DNA of 64,000 bases from Chlorokybus atmophyticus. Taxonomy: Eukaryota; Plantae; Mesostigma and Chlorokybus algae. The position numbers and the translations under genes were made by a program. Positions within the stretch are counted from its first letter, which is position 1. Each line of letters starts with the position of its first letter. Of this stretch, positions 1 to 12,300 are shown one piece after another. The stretch is taken from positions 312,223-376,222 of the forward strand of contig RHPI01002990.1 of the NCBI GenBank assembly GCA_009103225.1, given 5' to 3'. The notes below the pieces were generated by a model. It saw only the letters and a list, made by a program, of their open reading frames with translations. It had not been told where the DNA came from and did not search any database.

Positions 1-93
1 GGCGACATCCTGGCCAACGACAACGACGACAATGGCAGCGCTTACATCTACTAGAGCATTAGGGTTAGTTGTGGCGCTGCTGCATGGGGAGGC

Positions 94-3000
94 ATGGCGG
101 AGGTAGAGGAGGAGGTGGGGATGGAGGAGATGGACGATGAGGAGGAGGACGGCAGGGTGCTCTATGGCTCTGACGGCGATGGGAACAGCGACATCGGCCT
201 CTATGCCGCTAGGTAAGGCAGGCGCTGATTGTCCCACTGTGTATGCTTTGCTGTGTGGTAATGTCTTGTTGTTTTTATGCGTGCAGTGATGAGGAAGGTG
301 ACGACGACAACGACGGTGAGCACGATGCCCTCACCGCCTCCCTCCTCACCGCCGCTGCCTCCCCTCCCAACGACCAGCGCAGCAATGGTACGGACTTGCT
401 GGTGGATTGCAGATGCAGCTCTCAGAGTGAACTCAGCAGCAGGTGTATTCTGTTGTGAACAGTGGGCAATGCAATACATCCTGGATGGATGCTGTAATGG
501 GTGTAGACACGCACAATTCAACACTGTGCATGCTGTTCTTGGGCTGGCTTTACTAATGCAGTCGTATAAACATTGTTTCTTGCATTTGCTCATTCATGTT
601 CCTTTACTAGTTCAACCATTGTTAACCATGTCGTGTGAACACTTAAGTTCATTGGTGCACCCACTTGCTTTTGTGCTCACGCACTCACAATGCCTGTCAC
701 ACTTACTCACTCACTCACTCACTCACTTGCAATACCATTCGCACTGCAGGCAGGGGAGAAGACTGGCTGCTTCGCACTTTACGAGTAGCTCCATCCACTC
801 CACCTTATACTCAACACGCTCTACCAGCGACAATCGCCATGAAACAACCAACTCCAGCCCACTTGCGCTTAAGCGAGAGCCGCGCGTTGTCTTTCTCTCC
901 GGGCAGCCCGCACTCGATCGAGCTCGACAACGAGTCCGCTTTCCTCACGCCAAAGGCCGTCGCGAGGAGAGTGCTTGTCGACGAGGAGGACGCGCGCGGT
1001 CTGTTGTCGGCATCGCTCTCAACGATGTCCACATTCTGGTCCAACAACAACAACAGCAAGGGTTATGCGAATGTCAAGTATGATGCTGTGAGTAGTGCGG
1101 GTGTGAACCAAGTCAAAGCTGGCAGTGGCCTGCCCTCGCCTGAGCCTCCTGCGCCTTCAGCGGAAGTAAGCGCCCGGGGCACGCAAGTACAGACGCATGC
1201 ACGCACGCATGCACACGCCCACACACATGCACCCACACACAAGCGCACACGCGCGCATGTGGGCACACACATTCTCTTGTTGGGTAAGTGGGTGTGCGTT
1301 GAAGTCTTGTGTGTGCGCGCACGCACGTGCGCACGCATTGATATATATGTTGCGTGTATAGGTTGTGTAAGTGCCCTACTGTCAATGTGTGCACATGCGC
1401 CGTCTCTTGCAGAGCTCAGCAATCATGCGTAACAATGCCGTGTCGAGGGCGAAGCACGTGAAGGCGTTGGACGACCTTCGCGCGTACTACGAGGCCGAGC
1501 TGGCCAAAGAGCGGGAGCGCTTTGCAAGGTCGTGCGCATGCACGTTTTAGTACAACATTCAAGTTAGATATACCAGCAGCATTTTGCCATCACAGGAGTG
1601 CTAGTACTGGCGAGCCGTCGAGCGCACGAGAGGTGGTTGAGTTACGCAGACGGTATGCAGCGTGCTACGTCTTGTTATGTCTTGATCATTCAGTTCATGT
1701 GCGTGTATGCACATGTGTAAGTGTGTCCGTGCACGCGCCACCGTGTGCATGTGCATGATTGGGTGTGCATACAGGTTGGCGGATGCGCTTCAGGCTGTCA
1801 AAGCCGCGGAGCAAGATCGCTTACGCCTGATGACAACTCATGAAGGCCAGGTGGACTTGCAATGCATAAAACAATTTGGTGACGTGCATCTCAGCACATA
1901 CAAGTCGACCCTAACAGTCGCCAACAACCTTGTCATTGACAGTTGGCTAGCCTGCATGAGGCTGTTGCTGTGGCTAATGCGCGCGCAGATGAGAGCGCAG
2001 CAAACACACCGGAGCTGGCCAATGCAGCTAAGGTAAGTACCAATGCTTAACGCCAGTTGTCTTCATCAAATCCCCCGACACACGCATTGAATATATTATC
2101 TTACCAGGATTTAGAGCGACGACTCGAGGTGCGTGAGGGAGAGTTGGAAGCGTCCTTACGCCGTGAGAGTGCTGTTCGTGATGAGAACGGCAGGCTCATA
2201 GAAGCTTTGGTTCGCTTGTCGGCAGATTTGCAGGCAAGCTTGCACATGTCAAGCAATGGGCGAGTTGTGCAGGGCCAAATGCAATGGTGTTTGAATGTCA
2301 CATTGAATGTGTCCACTCTCTTGTCACCTTGCTGTGCTTTCAACTCTTATTTTGTCCCCACCTCACAATTCATGAGCCTTTGTCCTTATTTAAGGTTGGG
2401 AGATAAACGCATGCACGCGCAGTATGAGGGCATACACTCATGCACAAGCACACTCCAGTACACACTGGCAAGCACGTACTCTTGAGCAACTCCATTTTTG
2501 ATTGCGATTGCCTGATGGATATGTTGCGCGCCCAGGACACGCGCGTGAAGCGCCAGGAGTGGGAGGAAAGGTGCGAGCAGGAGCACAAGCGTGCCGAAGC
2601 AGAACAACAAACCGTCTGGCAGGTCCGCATGGTGTTGTTGTAGTCATGTGTTTCACTTGTTTGCCACGTTATGTAATATACAACACACATAAACAGATGG
2701 GCGTTGATCTTGAAGTGCTGAAGAAGGAAAACATGGAGTTGGACAACAAGCTGTCGCATGCAGACACGCAGGTGCGATTGCCTGTGTGCACAATTGCCTT
2801 TGTGCCATGCAATGTCAACTTCACCTCTCAGTGAGTTGGTTGGCCAGATACTGGACTTGAGAAACCAAGTGGCTTCGTTAAATGAAGAGCTGTTGAAGAC
2901 CAAAAAGCTGCAGCGGCAACTCGTTGCCGACATGGACGCCTTGCATAGCGAGAGACGGGCCCTGCGAGCGCAAGTGAGTATACTATGTTGTTGCCATGCC

Positions 3001-4612
3001 AACAACACGAACAATAACTAGCTAACGCTAGTACCCACAGCAAGAACAACAACTCCTTTTTTGTAGGTGGACACTTCAGCGGATACCATAGCATCCTTGC
3101 GCGCAGAGCTATCTCAGTCACGCAGCGACCTTGCCGACCGGCACGCCAGCAGCAAACGCATGAGTGCAGGCCAGAGTCAAGGCAAGTTAACCAGCGCAGA
3201 ACTCGACAGAGGCGTGGCTTACACGCCCGAAAGGCGTGTGCAACCCGCTGCTGCTTCCCTCTCCCGTCCGGCAGAGCCCGACAGCTGGCGTTACACCACA
3301 ACCGACCCGGGCAGCCCTGTTTCATCAGTTGAAGTAGACGAGAGGCAACCTCAGTTGATGTATGATGATGATGTTCATGAGGAGTTGCCTTGGCCTGTTC
3401 GGTACGGACAAGCTGGCTCGTATGGTTCAACTCAGCAACTCAGAGGTGATCCCGCGACTAGGCCCATCATTAACACGGACCAGGCTGGTGCCCCGTTGCG
3501 ACGATCGGTATCAGAACTTCCGCATAAGCAGGCTACATCCAGTCAACTGCAAGGTTGATCTATCTACTCAGCTACTTTTCTACTTGCTACTTGCTCGCTT
3601 TGAAACTCACAACTAGCGAGTGCGACTGCGACGCAGGCTGTTGTTATGTATCTGTTACCACTAACTCTTGTGTATATGTGTATGTGACACATGCAGATAG
3701 GGAAGGAGGAACAGAGTATCTCACGGGGCAAGACCTGCGTGCTCTGAAGCAGATGGTAGAGATGTATCAACAGCGGCAGGGGAACGGGTCCACCGCCGCA
3801 CCATCTCACGATTATCATCCTCCATTTTCTGCTCGCAGCAGCAATAGCTCAAGTCACCAGTGGCAAAGGGAGCAGCCTCAGGAAAGTGTGTATGCTTTAT
3901 CACAAGCTGAACCGTCGTCATCAAGTATCAACATGAACACGCCGTCACCGCGTCCCACAGCTGGACCTGCCAAAGCAAGTAGCGTGTACTCTGGCAACAA
4001 CCCAACAGCACGCAGCGCATCTGGTGAGTGGTAGTATGATAGAGTGTTGCTGTTGATGAAGTCATGAGAGCTGGTAGTAAGTATATGTGGTTGCGTTGCA
4101 GCTTCGACAGCGTCGACAAGCGCGGCAGCAGAACAACAACAGCAGCAGTCAGCGGCAAGGTTGGGGCTGCAACGCATGCGGCTGAGCAGTGCGGCGCCAT
4201 TTGCTACGGATGCAATACAAGCCCACATTGTAAGAAACCAAAACGCTGTGCGTATGATGAACAGTGATACAGTTGTGCAGGTATGGGACACATGTTGATT
4301 CTTGATTAATAATGCGCAGAGGAAGACTGATGAGGTGGAGCGGGCACTTGCAAAACTCAGCCAGGAAAGGAGTCTGCTTGAATCCGGTGCGTTTTTCATA
4401 ATGTTCTGCTGCTTGAAGGTGTCAGATACAACATGATAAATATCATGACAACTTGTGGCTTGCCAGAATATCGGCGCATGCCGTCCACCACGCAAGGCAG
4501 GACCCTGCGTGACAGGGCCAGACGCACTGCCATTGAGGAGCGGCTCGAGCAGATTGACAAAGAGATGTCCAGATCCCGCAAAACGCTTCGCGAGTTGCAC
4601 GCCCTACCGTAA
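94..4612 (+). CDS. MPHOSPH9: Multi-exon coiled-coil protein, M-phase phosphoprotein 9 (MPP9)-like centriolar protein
   Basis: ATG at 94, GT-AG spliced exons, TAA at 4610-4612. The exon near 1411-1528 encodes IMRNNAVSRAKHVKALDDLRAYYEAELAKER. The last exons encode EYRRMPSTTQGRTLRDRARRTAIEERLEQIDKEMSRSRKTLRELHALP*. Both resemble recalled human MPP9 blocks (KHARHIADLRAYYESEI; RMPSPGGRITLQ...EDRLERINRELGSVRMTLKKFHVL). Internal exon boundaries are approximate. Confidence 0.7.
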
Positions 4613-6846
4613 TGTTCATTGTCTCAGGGAGTTGTGGATAGCCTGCCATGCATGGCACTGTCGGGCGTTTATGACCTGGCTAAACAAGAGCCTGCTGATT
4701 GTTCACAACAACAGCTTGAAAGGTGGCTACAAGACATTTCTTCCTTTTCATGTTTGGGGATTGTTAAGGTCTTGAAGGTGAACCGACCGTGCTGAGTGTT
4801 ACATCGGTTCGACTTGTTGTTTGTGTTCAAGTTCACTTGTATATAATCTGTATCTACTATAACGTAGCCATTTCAGGGCGCATTGAGTCGCAAACCTTGT
4901 TCGAGCCCTGCATATCCTCCTCGTTTTCACATAGTTGTGGCTGTTTGTGGGCTTGACGAGCGTGTGGGCAAGCCTGCAGGTGCTAGCAAGGGTATTAAGC
5001 AAGCCCCTCGTGGCCTTTTGCTTGTATGCTTGTATGCAAAATTCACGCGATGCCTGACCAACCTTATTGCACTTGGTGTATGTTTTCAAGCATGATTGTG
5101 CAAGCACTGCATCTTTCCTACACGCAGTTTGCATGAACAAAGTACAAAAATGTTTACGGATAAAGAGCGCACATGAGATTGCGCTCTGCCGATAAACAAG
5201 TAAATGTGGCGCATACTGACATATATACAGGGTTGATCAATGCATTACTATAGTTGAACTTGCCGTCGAAGAGCCCTTGACAAACCCTTAGCCAACACCT
5301 TTGCAATTGAGTCATTGTAATGGTTAAATATTAATAGCTCGTTGCTGCATGTTATTAAGTTACATCAATTTGCATATATCGATTGGTTTCATACATCAGC
5401 AATGGAATGATACATCTTGATACAACATGTATCATGCATAAATGAGGTATACATGCTAACGAGCCATATAACGCGCGCACGTTACGTGCATAGTCAAGAT
5501 AGTGCACTCATGCATGACAGGGGAGGAGAACACTTGCACCTTGTATACGATCACAACTCTAGAGGATAGACTCGATAAGGAATTGATGATGCACGCATAA
5601 ATTAGTAATGATGTATGCAATGTCTTGGGCAGCGTTGTACATAATCATCCACTATCAACGTACATGATAGATACTATCGCTTAACTGTTGTCGCGTATTT
5701 TTGCATAATTTATAGATGCACTGTAGAAAGAAGTTATTAATCAATTGTAAGTCACAAGCGTTGGAGATGAGTATGGCAATCACTTTTATCAATATACTTG
5801 CAATCATGACGTAAATTCCTCGCAAGCTGTGCCACACATGCGTATTATAATCATGCCAATGCATGATTATAATGATGAGCACTATATCAGCTTACTCAAT
5901 TTGTTTAATCCACATAATTTGTTTGATCCACACAATACGTGATTGCGGTATCAATATATATTACACGATAATTAAGGTATTATTATTTATAAATGACAAA
6001 CGCATTGTCGACTTATTTTTCAACATGAACAATATATCAATTGCGCATCGCAAGCACAACACTTGATTAATATGTATTTTTAAGCAGTGCAATGCACTGT
6101 CTAGGCTTGGGGGAGGGTAGTAATGTTGTCAAACATGACATGACGACGAAAAGCCCAAGCCTTGAAGTAATATTCATCAATGGTGTCACCCTAAAACCTT
6201 ACGAAAGCGACTTGAGTTACGCGACGTAAACTGCCATCATCTCGTACACCGGCAGTTGAAACGCTACGAGCCTAGTACCGGCAGGCAGCCTACAGCACAA
6301 TTTACCGATGAGCTATGTCATCCATGATGGATGATCCATCGCGGCCTCGGTTACGCCTCACCTCAGACTGTGCGTAATGCGGCTCACACCTTATCTGTCG
6401 AGCGGACCACAACTGAGCATCCGCCAGCTGGCCCGAGCCTCATAAAGGCCTCAACTCGCTAAAACCCATCGAGCGCTTAATCCTTTCTCCCCTCCGCCGC
6501 CCCATCCCCAAACTAACTCCAAAGCCTCGTAACGTTCGCCAGCTCCAACCGGCGAGGCTGCGCTGCGGCCTGCGGCTCGGTTCGCAGCACGTAGTAACGT
6601 GAGCGGAAGGGTTAGGGGAGCCAGCAAACCCTAATCCAGGTCTCAGTGGCCCTGGTGGATCGGCTGGCGGCGGCGGCGGAGCAGGACAAGGAGGTGGCCG
6701 CGAAGGATCAGGAGGAAGCGAAGGAAGAGGTGACGGTGGTAACCAGGCTTGTTGCACAGGAGGGTTCGTCGGCGGCATTTTTCAACGGATAGAGCTGCTG
6801 GTTACCAGTCCGGCTTGAGGGTTGCACAAACATCTCTCACAGCATC

Positions 6847-7934
6847 ATGCAGAGCGCTGCTGCCGCCGCCGCCGCCGTCGCCGCCACGGCGGCCGCCAGC
6901 ACATCGTGTGTAGCCCGCCTCCAGGCCGTGCCGTTGACGTCCGGGCTGAGGAGGCATTGCGGCCGGTCACTGACGGGGCTCGTGGCCAGGCGGAGGCCTG
7001 CCGCCGCCGCCGCCACCCGCAAGGCCACGTCTATGAAGAATGACACCGTGGCAGGAGGCTACGCGCAGGCACTGCTGGAGGCGGCGCAGGCCAGCAACGC
7101 CCTGGACGAGGTGCATAGAGACGTGGACTACCTCGACGCACTGATGAAGAAGGACGAGGCCTTTGCCAGCTTTATGACCAACCCCATCGCTGCCGACGAG
7201 GACAAGAAGAACCTCCTCAAGACCGTGGCCTCCGAGGCCGGCCTCAACCCCTTCACCAGCAACTTCCTCCAGCTCCTTGTTGACAAGAAGCGCAGCGATA
7301 TCCTCGGCGAGATTGTCGAAGAGTTTGAGAACATCTACTGCGAGATCACCGACACCCAGGTGCGTATGTATGTGTGGGTGTGCGCATGTGTGTCTATGTC
7401 TGTATGTGTGCGCATGGGTGTACATTGTCCCTATATTGTACACACATCAGCTCTGCGTGTGCATCATGATAGTATGTATGCATTTCCTAATGCGCTTGTA
7501 TTCTACAGGTTGCCATTGTGACTTCGGCCATTGAGCTTGAGACCTCCGAGCAGGGTCTGATCGCGCAGAAGCTGCAGACCATGACTGGTGCCAAGAACAT
7601 TAAGCTCAAGGTCAACGTTGACGAGTCCCTCCTTGCCGGTTTTGTCATCCAGTACGGCCCCGACCTCTCCGCCTTCATCGACATGTCTGTAAAGGGCCAG
7701 CTGGCGCGGCTTGAAAAGGAGTTGTACGCTACCCCTGCGCGCGCTTTCCAGGTATACTTGGATGGGTCTTCTTTTCGTGGTGTCATATGTGCATAGATGC
7801 CCTGGTAGTACGCATATACACCTATGCACATGCGCCATTGTAGCTGCTGTTGTGATTGCGGGACTTCCCTCTGTGATGGTTTTTGTGGAACTTACTCTTT
7901 GCTGTTGTTTACGCAGGAAGCCAACATTGAGTAG
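6847..7934 (+). CDS. ATPD: Chloroplast ATP synthase CF1 delta subunit with Ala-rich transit peptide
   Basis: Exon 1 (6847-7359): AGGYAQALLEAAQ...FLQLLVDKKRSDIL. Exon 2 from about 7509: VAIVTSAIEL...KLKVNVDESLLAGFVIQY...IDMSVKGQL. A probable short last exon EANIE* ends at 7934; if the last intron is not spliced the stop is at 7796. Confidence 0.95.
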
Positions 7935-8155
7935 AGGATATAGTACAGAGCTAGCTGTATTTGATATATGGTATATCACGGAACCCCATTTGCAACAACA
8001 CGGACACCTAAGCTATGTCGAGCACGAATGTGTGGTATGCATGTACGCGCATGAACCATGGCAAGACTCTCTTGTAAGGATGTCTGTATGGTGAGCCTGC
8101 AGGGAGCCTAGATGACTGTATGCATGATAGGGGGTGAGCCAGGCGCACTGAGCCT

Positions 8156-8186
8156 GAATGAATGAATGAATGAATGAATGAATGAA
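8156..8186. repeat. (GAAT)n microsatellite
   Basis: About 7.5 perfect units read directly from the sequence. Confidence 0.95.
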
Positions 8187-9324
8187 GGGGCAGCCTGTGT
8201 CGCCTGATAATGTTGATTTCACAAATGTAGCTGTCCGTGGAGGATGTGTGCTGGTGAGGACAGTGACGCATTGACTCTGAGATGGCAAGTAGGGCGCATG
8301 TGTAGCATTGCGAGGAAAAATCATCTTTAGTTGTGTAGGTAGCCAGGCAGAGTCTCGATAATAACTGTGGCATGTCTCAACTGCGTGCGCAGCAACTATG
8401 CAATGTTGTGCAGAAGTTGGTGCTGGAAGGTACTCAGTATTGACAATATCGCCCTCTATTATGAGCGACACGCAGATTTCGCCGTCAGTGCCACTAACAT
8501 GCCCAATCACAGACATCACACATCACACTCGATATGCAGATAGAGGCACATAGCTAACATTCGAGTTTGAGGCGCGAAGCACACTCTGTGGGAAGTTGTG
8601 GTAGCAAGTGATGCAAGTGACGCAAATGATGCAAGCAGCAGACACAGTAGCACAGCAATTATTAACGTGCTATACAAGCGCCGCGTCTGCCTCTATGGTT
8701 GGAGGAATGACAGTATTGTCAAGACACTCCATACGCTGTACTGGAAAAAGAGTCTGCCTCTGATTGTAACATCTACAAAACATCGCATTGCCCTTTGCGC
8801 AATGCTTAAATGATCACAATCTGATTTACACTTACCAACACATCCACCTAGGGTTTCATGTAACAGCAAGAGCGTTTATAGGCTGCGGCAAAGCTGCACT
8901 TATACTCACCCGCCAGATTCCCCCCTAGTCCATTGCATGGAACCAGGCTGCGCACTGACGACTCACAATTGATAGCAAATTCCTGTGCATGTCTGGTAAT
9001 GCAGATGCATGACCATAGCAGAAACCATTTTTACCCTTGTACATGTGCCGGTATTGCATAGCACCAATGAGACCAGACGTTTTGAACCAGATTGAGGCGA
9101 ACCATTGTTTAACCAGCACAACTGTGACTGCTCATCGCTGATAAAAACAGTATGTAATTGTCACAAGGTTTCCCTTTGTCCAATCAACACATACAATACT
9201 TTCTGCGCAGAGCGTACTGCAAGCTGTGTTCACAGCTACCCTTACACTTAACCGACATCAACTGATTTTCCTGAATGGCTAGCTTCAACGAGATGTTGAA
9301 TACAGCCAGTTCACGCCATGAAGT

Positions 9325-12300
9325 TTACAGGTCATCAGGAGTCTGGATCTCACCCTTCAAGAACCTGTTGCTAGTAACACTGAAGCCCAACAAGGACGGG
9401 TCGAGTCGCTTCGCTTTACCCTTGATTTTGGATTTGGACACCTTACTAGCATTTGCACTGGAGGCATCAGAAGCTTCTGCAGCATTGTCCTCCGCTGCTG
9501 CTACCAACAATTGTCAGCGTGCAGAAAGGCATCTTGAAACCAAGGGCGAGAGTTAATTACGTACCTGTTGCAACTGACATTGGTCTATCCTGGGATTGTC
9601 TGGCAGTCTGGTTAATTGCCCTGGCATGTGCTCTGGCCTCTGCGTCCTTTCTTTTCACGAACTCAGTTGTGAATGCCTTCACCGTGGGTGCCTGGCCCAG
9701 ATAGGCTGATAGATACTCCCCAATCTCTTCAGCAGCTTGCAGTGACATGCAGAACTCCAAAAGAGTCATGTCTGCGTGCACGGCAGTTGCGTAAGCAACT
9801 TTGTTGCAGGTTCCAAATCGATACAACATGCATGCAACCACTAGTACCATCGTTGTTGGCCAGTCGCTTCATTTCATGCTGACACCAATTTCTGAAGTCC
9901 GAAGAGTAGTCTAGAGCCCGCATTGCAGGAAGTGCTGTAGGCACGAAATCGCACAGCAAGCTTTATCAAGGCAGTCCGCACACCAGCAACCAGAAGCTTG
10001 CTAAACAGGCTGCAAATGTGCAGACATAATGCCAACAACCAAATCATGGGTACCTGGCTTTGGAGCAGTGGCCTTTGTTGCCTTCTGAGTGCGAGCTGTC
10101 ACTGCACTGCGTGCTGCTGTACCAGCAAGCGAAGGAAAGTCGTTGCTGGTGGTGGCAGACTGCTGCAAAGCTGCGCCGGGGGCAACTGCGCGTCTGAATG
10201 GTGTGCTGCCCCAGCCGGATGAAACAGACGATGAGCGTGCAGGTGCGAGCGATGGATACTCTTGCCTGCAATCAGCTACGCATCAGTCCCTTAACAATAT
10301 GACCTGCATGCCGGCAACCAAGCCCAAGAAAAATGGACATCAATCATAAAGCGTGTGCATTCACGTTCGAAAAGCTGAGCACAAATCTTTAACAAAGGTG
10401 CCAAGCACATCACATGAGAACATACACTGGTTGCTGCCGAGGCTTGGAGGACGCTACATTTCCGAGCTGCAATGTCACGTCCTCTGCATAATCCCAAAAC
10501 AGCATGTCATCATCCTGTTCTGCCACGGCTCCATTAGGCTTTTGCTGCGGCGGCGGCGGCGGCTGCAGCGGCGGCGGTGCAGCCGTGGTTGCAAAAGGCG
10601 ACGGCCCCTGAGGTCTTGGAGGTTGCGCACCCCATGTCTGGTTGCCTGCTTGGCGAGGGGCAGATACTGGAACCTCCTGCAGCAATCAACCAGTTTCAGC
10701 CATCCTGCATCCTGTACGCTGTACCACTGCAGTGTTGCACCGCCCAACACGCAGCATAGTGTACCTTGCTTGCTGCTTCAGCCTGCAAGCGTAGTCGCTG
10801 CTCCAGCTCCCGCTTTTCCATCTCCTGGATCTCCTGCAACGACATGCCGAAGGGTGTCCGTCCAGCTGGCTTGCTTCCCCATGCTGGACCGCTGCTGATT
10901 GTAGCCACCTCCGTCTTTGGGTTGATGAACTCGGCGAGTGACACCTTCACGACAGTAGACTCGACGCGTGGAGTTTCAGCCACTTTCTTGGCAGGAGGTG
11001 TACCTTCAGCAGCACTTGCAGATGCAGCTTTTGCCTTTGCCTTGGCCTTCTTGCGAGCAGACTTGGACTCCTTGACATCCTGCTCGTTGTTAGCACTACT
11101 TTCAGCCACCACCTCTGTTACAGTCTCCACATCGGACTTTCTGGATCCAATTCCAGTTTCTGGCACTGGTGGTGGCCGAGACGGCCAAGCAGATGACGCT
11201 GTTGATGCCAAGCTTGTGCTCTGAGCCTGGAGCCTGTAACCATAGAAATGCCAACAATTAGCAACCATCAACAACGCAAATACTTGTGCATTTCTCGCCT
11301 GTACGATCACAATCGGCACTGATTTGAAATCACACACCCTGCTCGCACTTCCTCCTCCATCTGTATCTGTCGCAATGACTTAACCACTCCAGGTCCACTG
11401 CGCCAGACAGAACCTGATCCGTCTCCTGCTGCAGGACCCAGGGCAGCTGCCATCAACGCCTGTTCTTCCGCAAGCCGTGCAAGACGCGCAGCTTGCTCCC
11501 TAGCTTCCTCCTCCTGTATTTCCTTCAGTGACTTCGGCTTTGTTGACGAGGTGCGCCACGCTGGCGTGTTCATCTCCACAGCAGGCTTTGTGGCCACTGG
11601 CATATCGCTTTTGAGAACGCTTGCTTGCTCTGCTTGCTCTTGTTGCACCTGCTGTAGGCTTGACTGAGGAGCATCAGGTCGCTCTGACCATCCAGCATTT
11701 GTGGATTTTGCATCATTGACTGACTGGTAAAGGGATTTTGCCTGGCGCAGGTGCGCCTCCTGCAGCTGCTGCCGCTGTATCTCCGCCAACGACATATAGT
11801 CTCCACTGCCTGATGCCGACATACCCCATGTCACTTGTAAAGCGGCTTGCACATCCTGAACTTGCTGAAATTCTTGCAGCGAGTCCCCTGCCATTCTTGA
11901 AGTCCGCTGCCTAGATGTCTCGTGGAATTCCGGACGTGCGGGGGTGACATCTGAGATTGCGCTTGCTGGGCGTGCTTGCTGTAAAACTCCAACCGCAGCA
12001 TCACTTGGCTGCTCCACATAGGATGCTACATCCCTAGCGCGAGCCCCGATTGACCGATCTGCAACCTGCGAAAGTTCAGTGCTGTCCCTCGCAGCCCCTT
12101 TGCTCCGTGCTGCAGCAATCGCAGCATCTGGCTGTTGCATGACCTTCATCCTTTCGGCTGTGTCAAGAAACTGTGTCGGCCTAGGATCTCCCTGACTCGA
12201 AAATTGCTGAAGCGAGAGTAACTGTTCCGCAACATGTTGCGGTTGCTGCACATTCTGCTGTTGGTGTGGCACTTGATGCAATGCGGACAACTGCTGCGGT

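Noticed and set aside
6440-6790. Pro-rich minus ORF and acidic or Gly-rich plus frames upstream of ATPD
   Set aside because: The plus frames lack an ATG and nothing splices onward or matches a family. They are explained by the C/G-skewed promoter composition.
8000-9320. ORFs between the ATPD and GIGYF 3' ends
   Set aside because: No family motifs or consistent exon chain. Best explained as convergent 3'UTRs.
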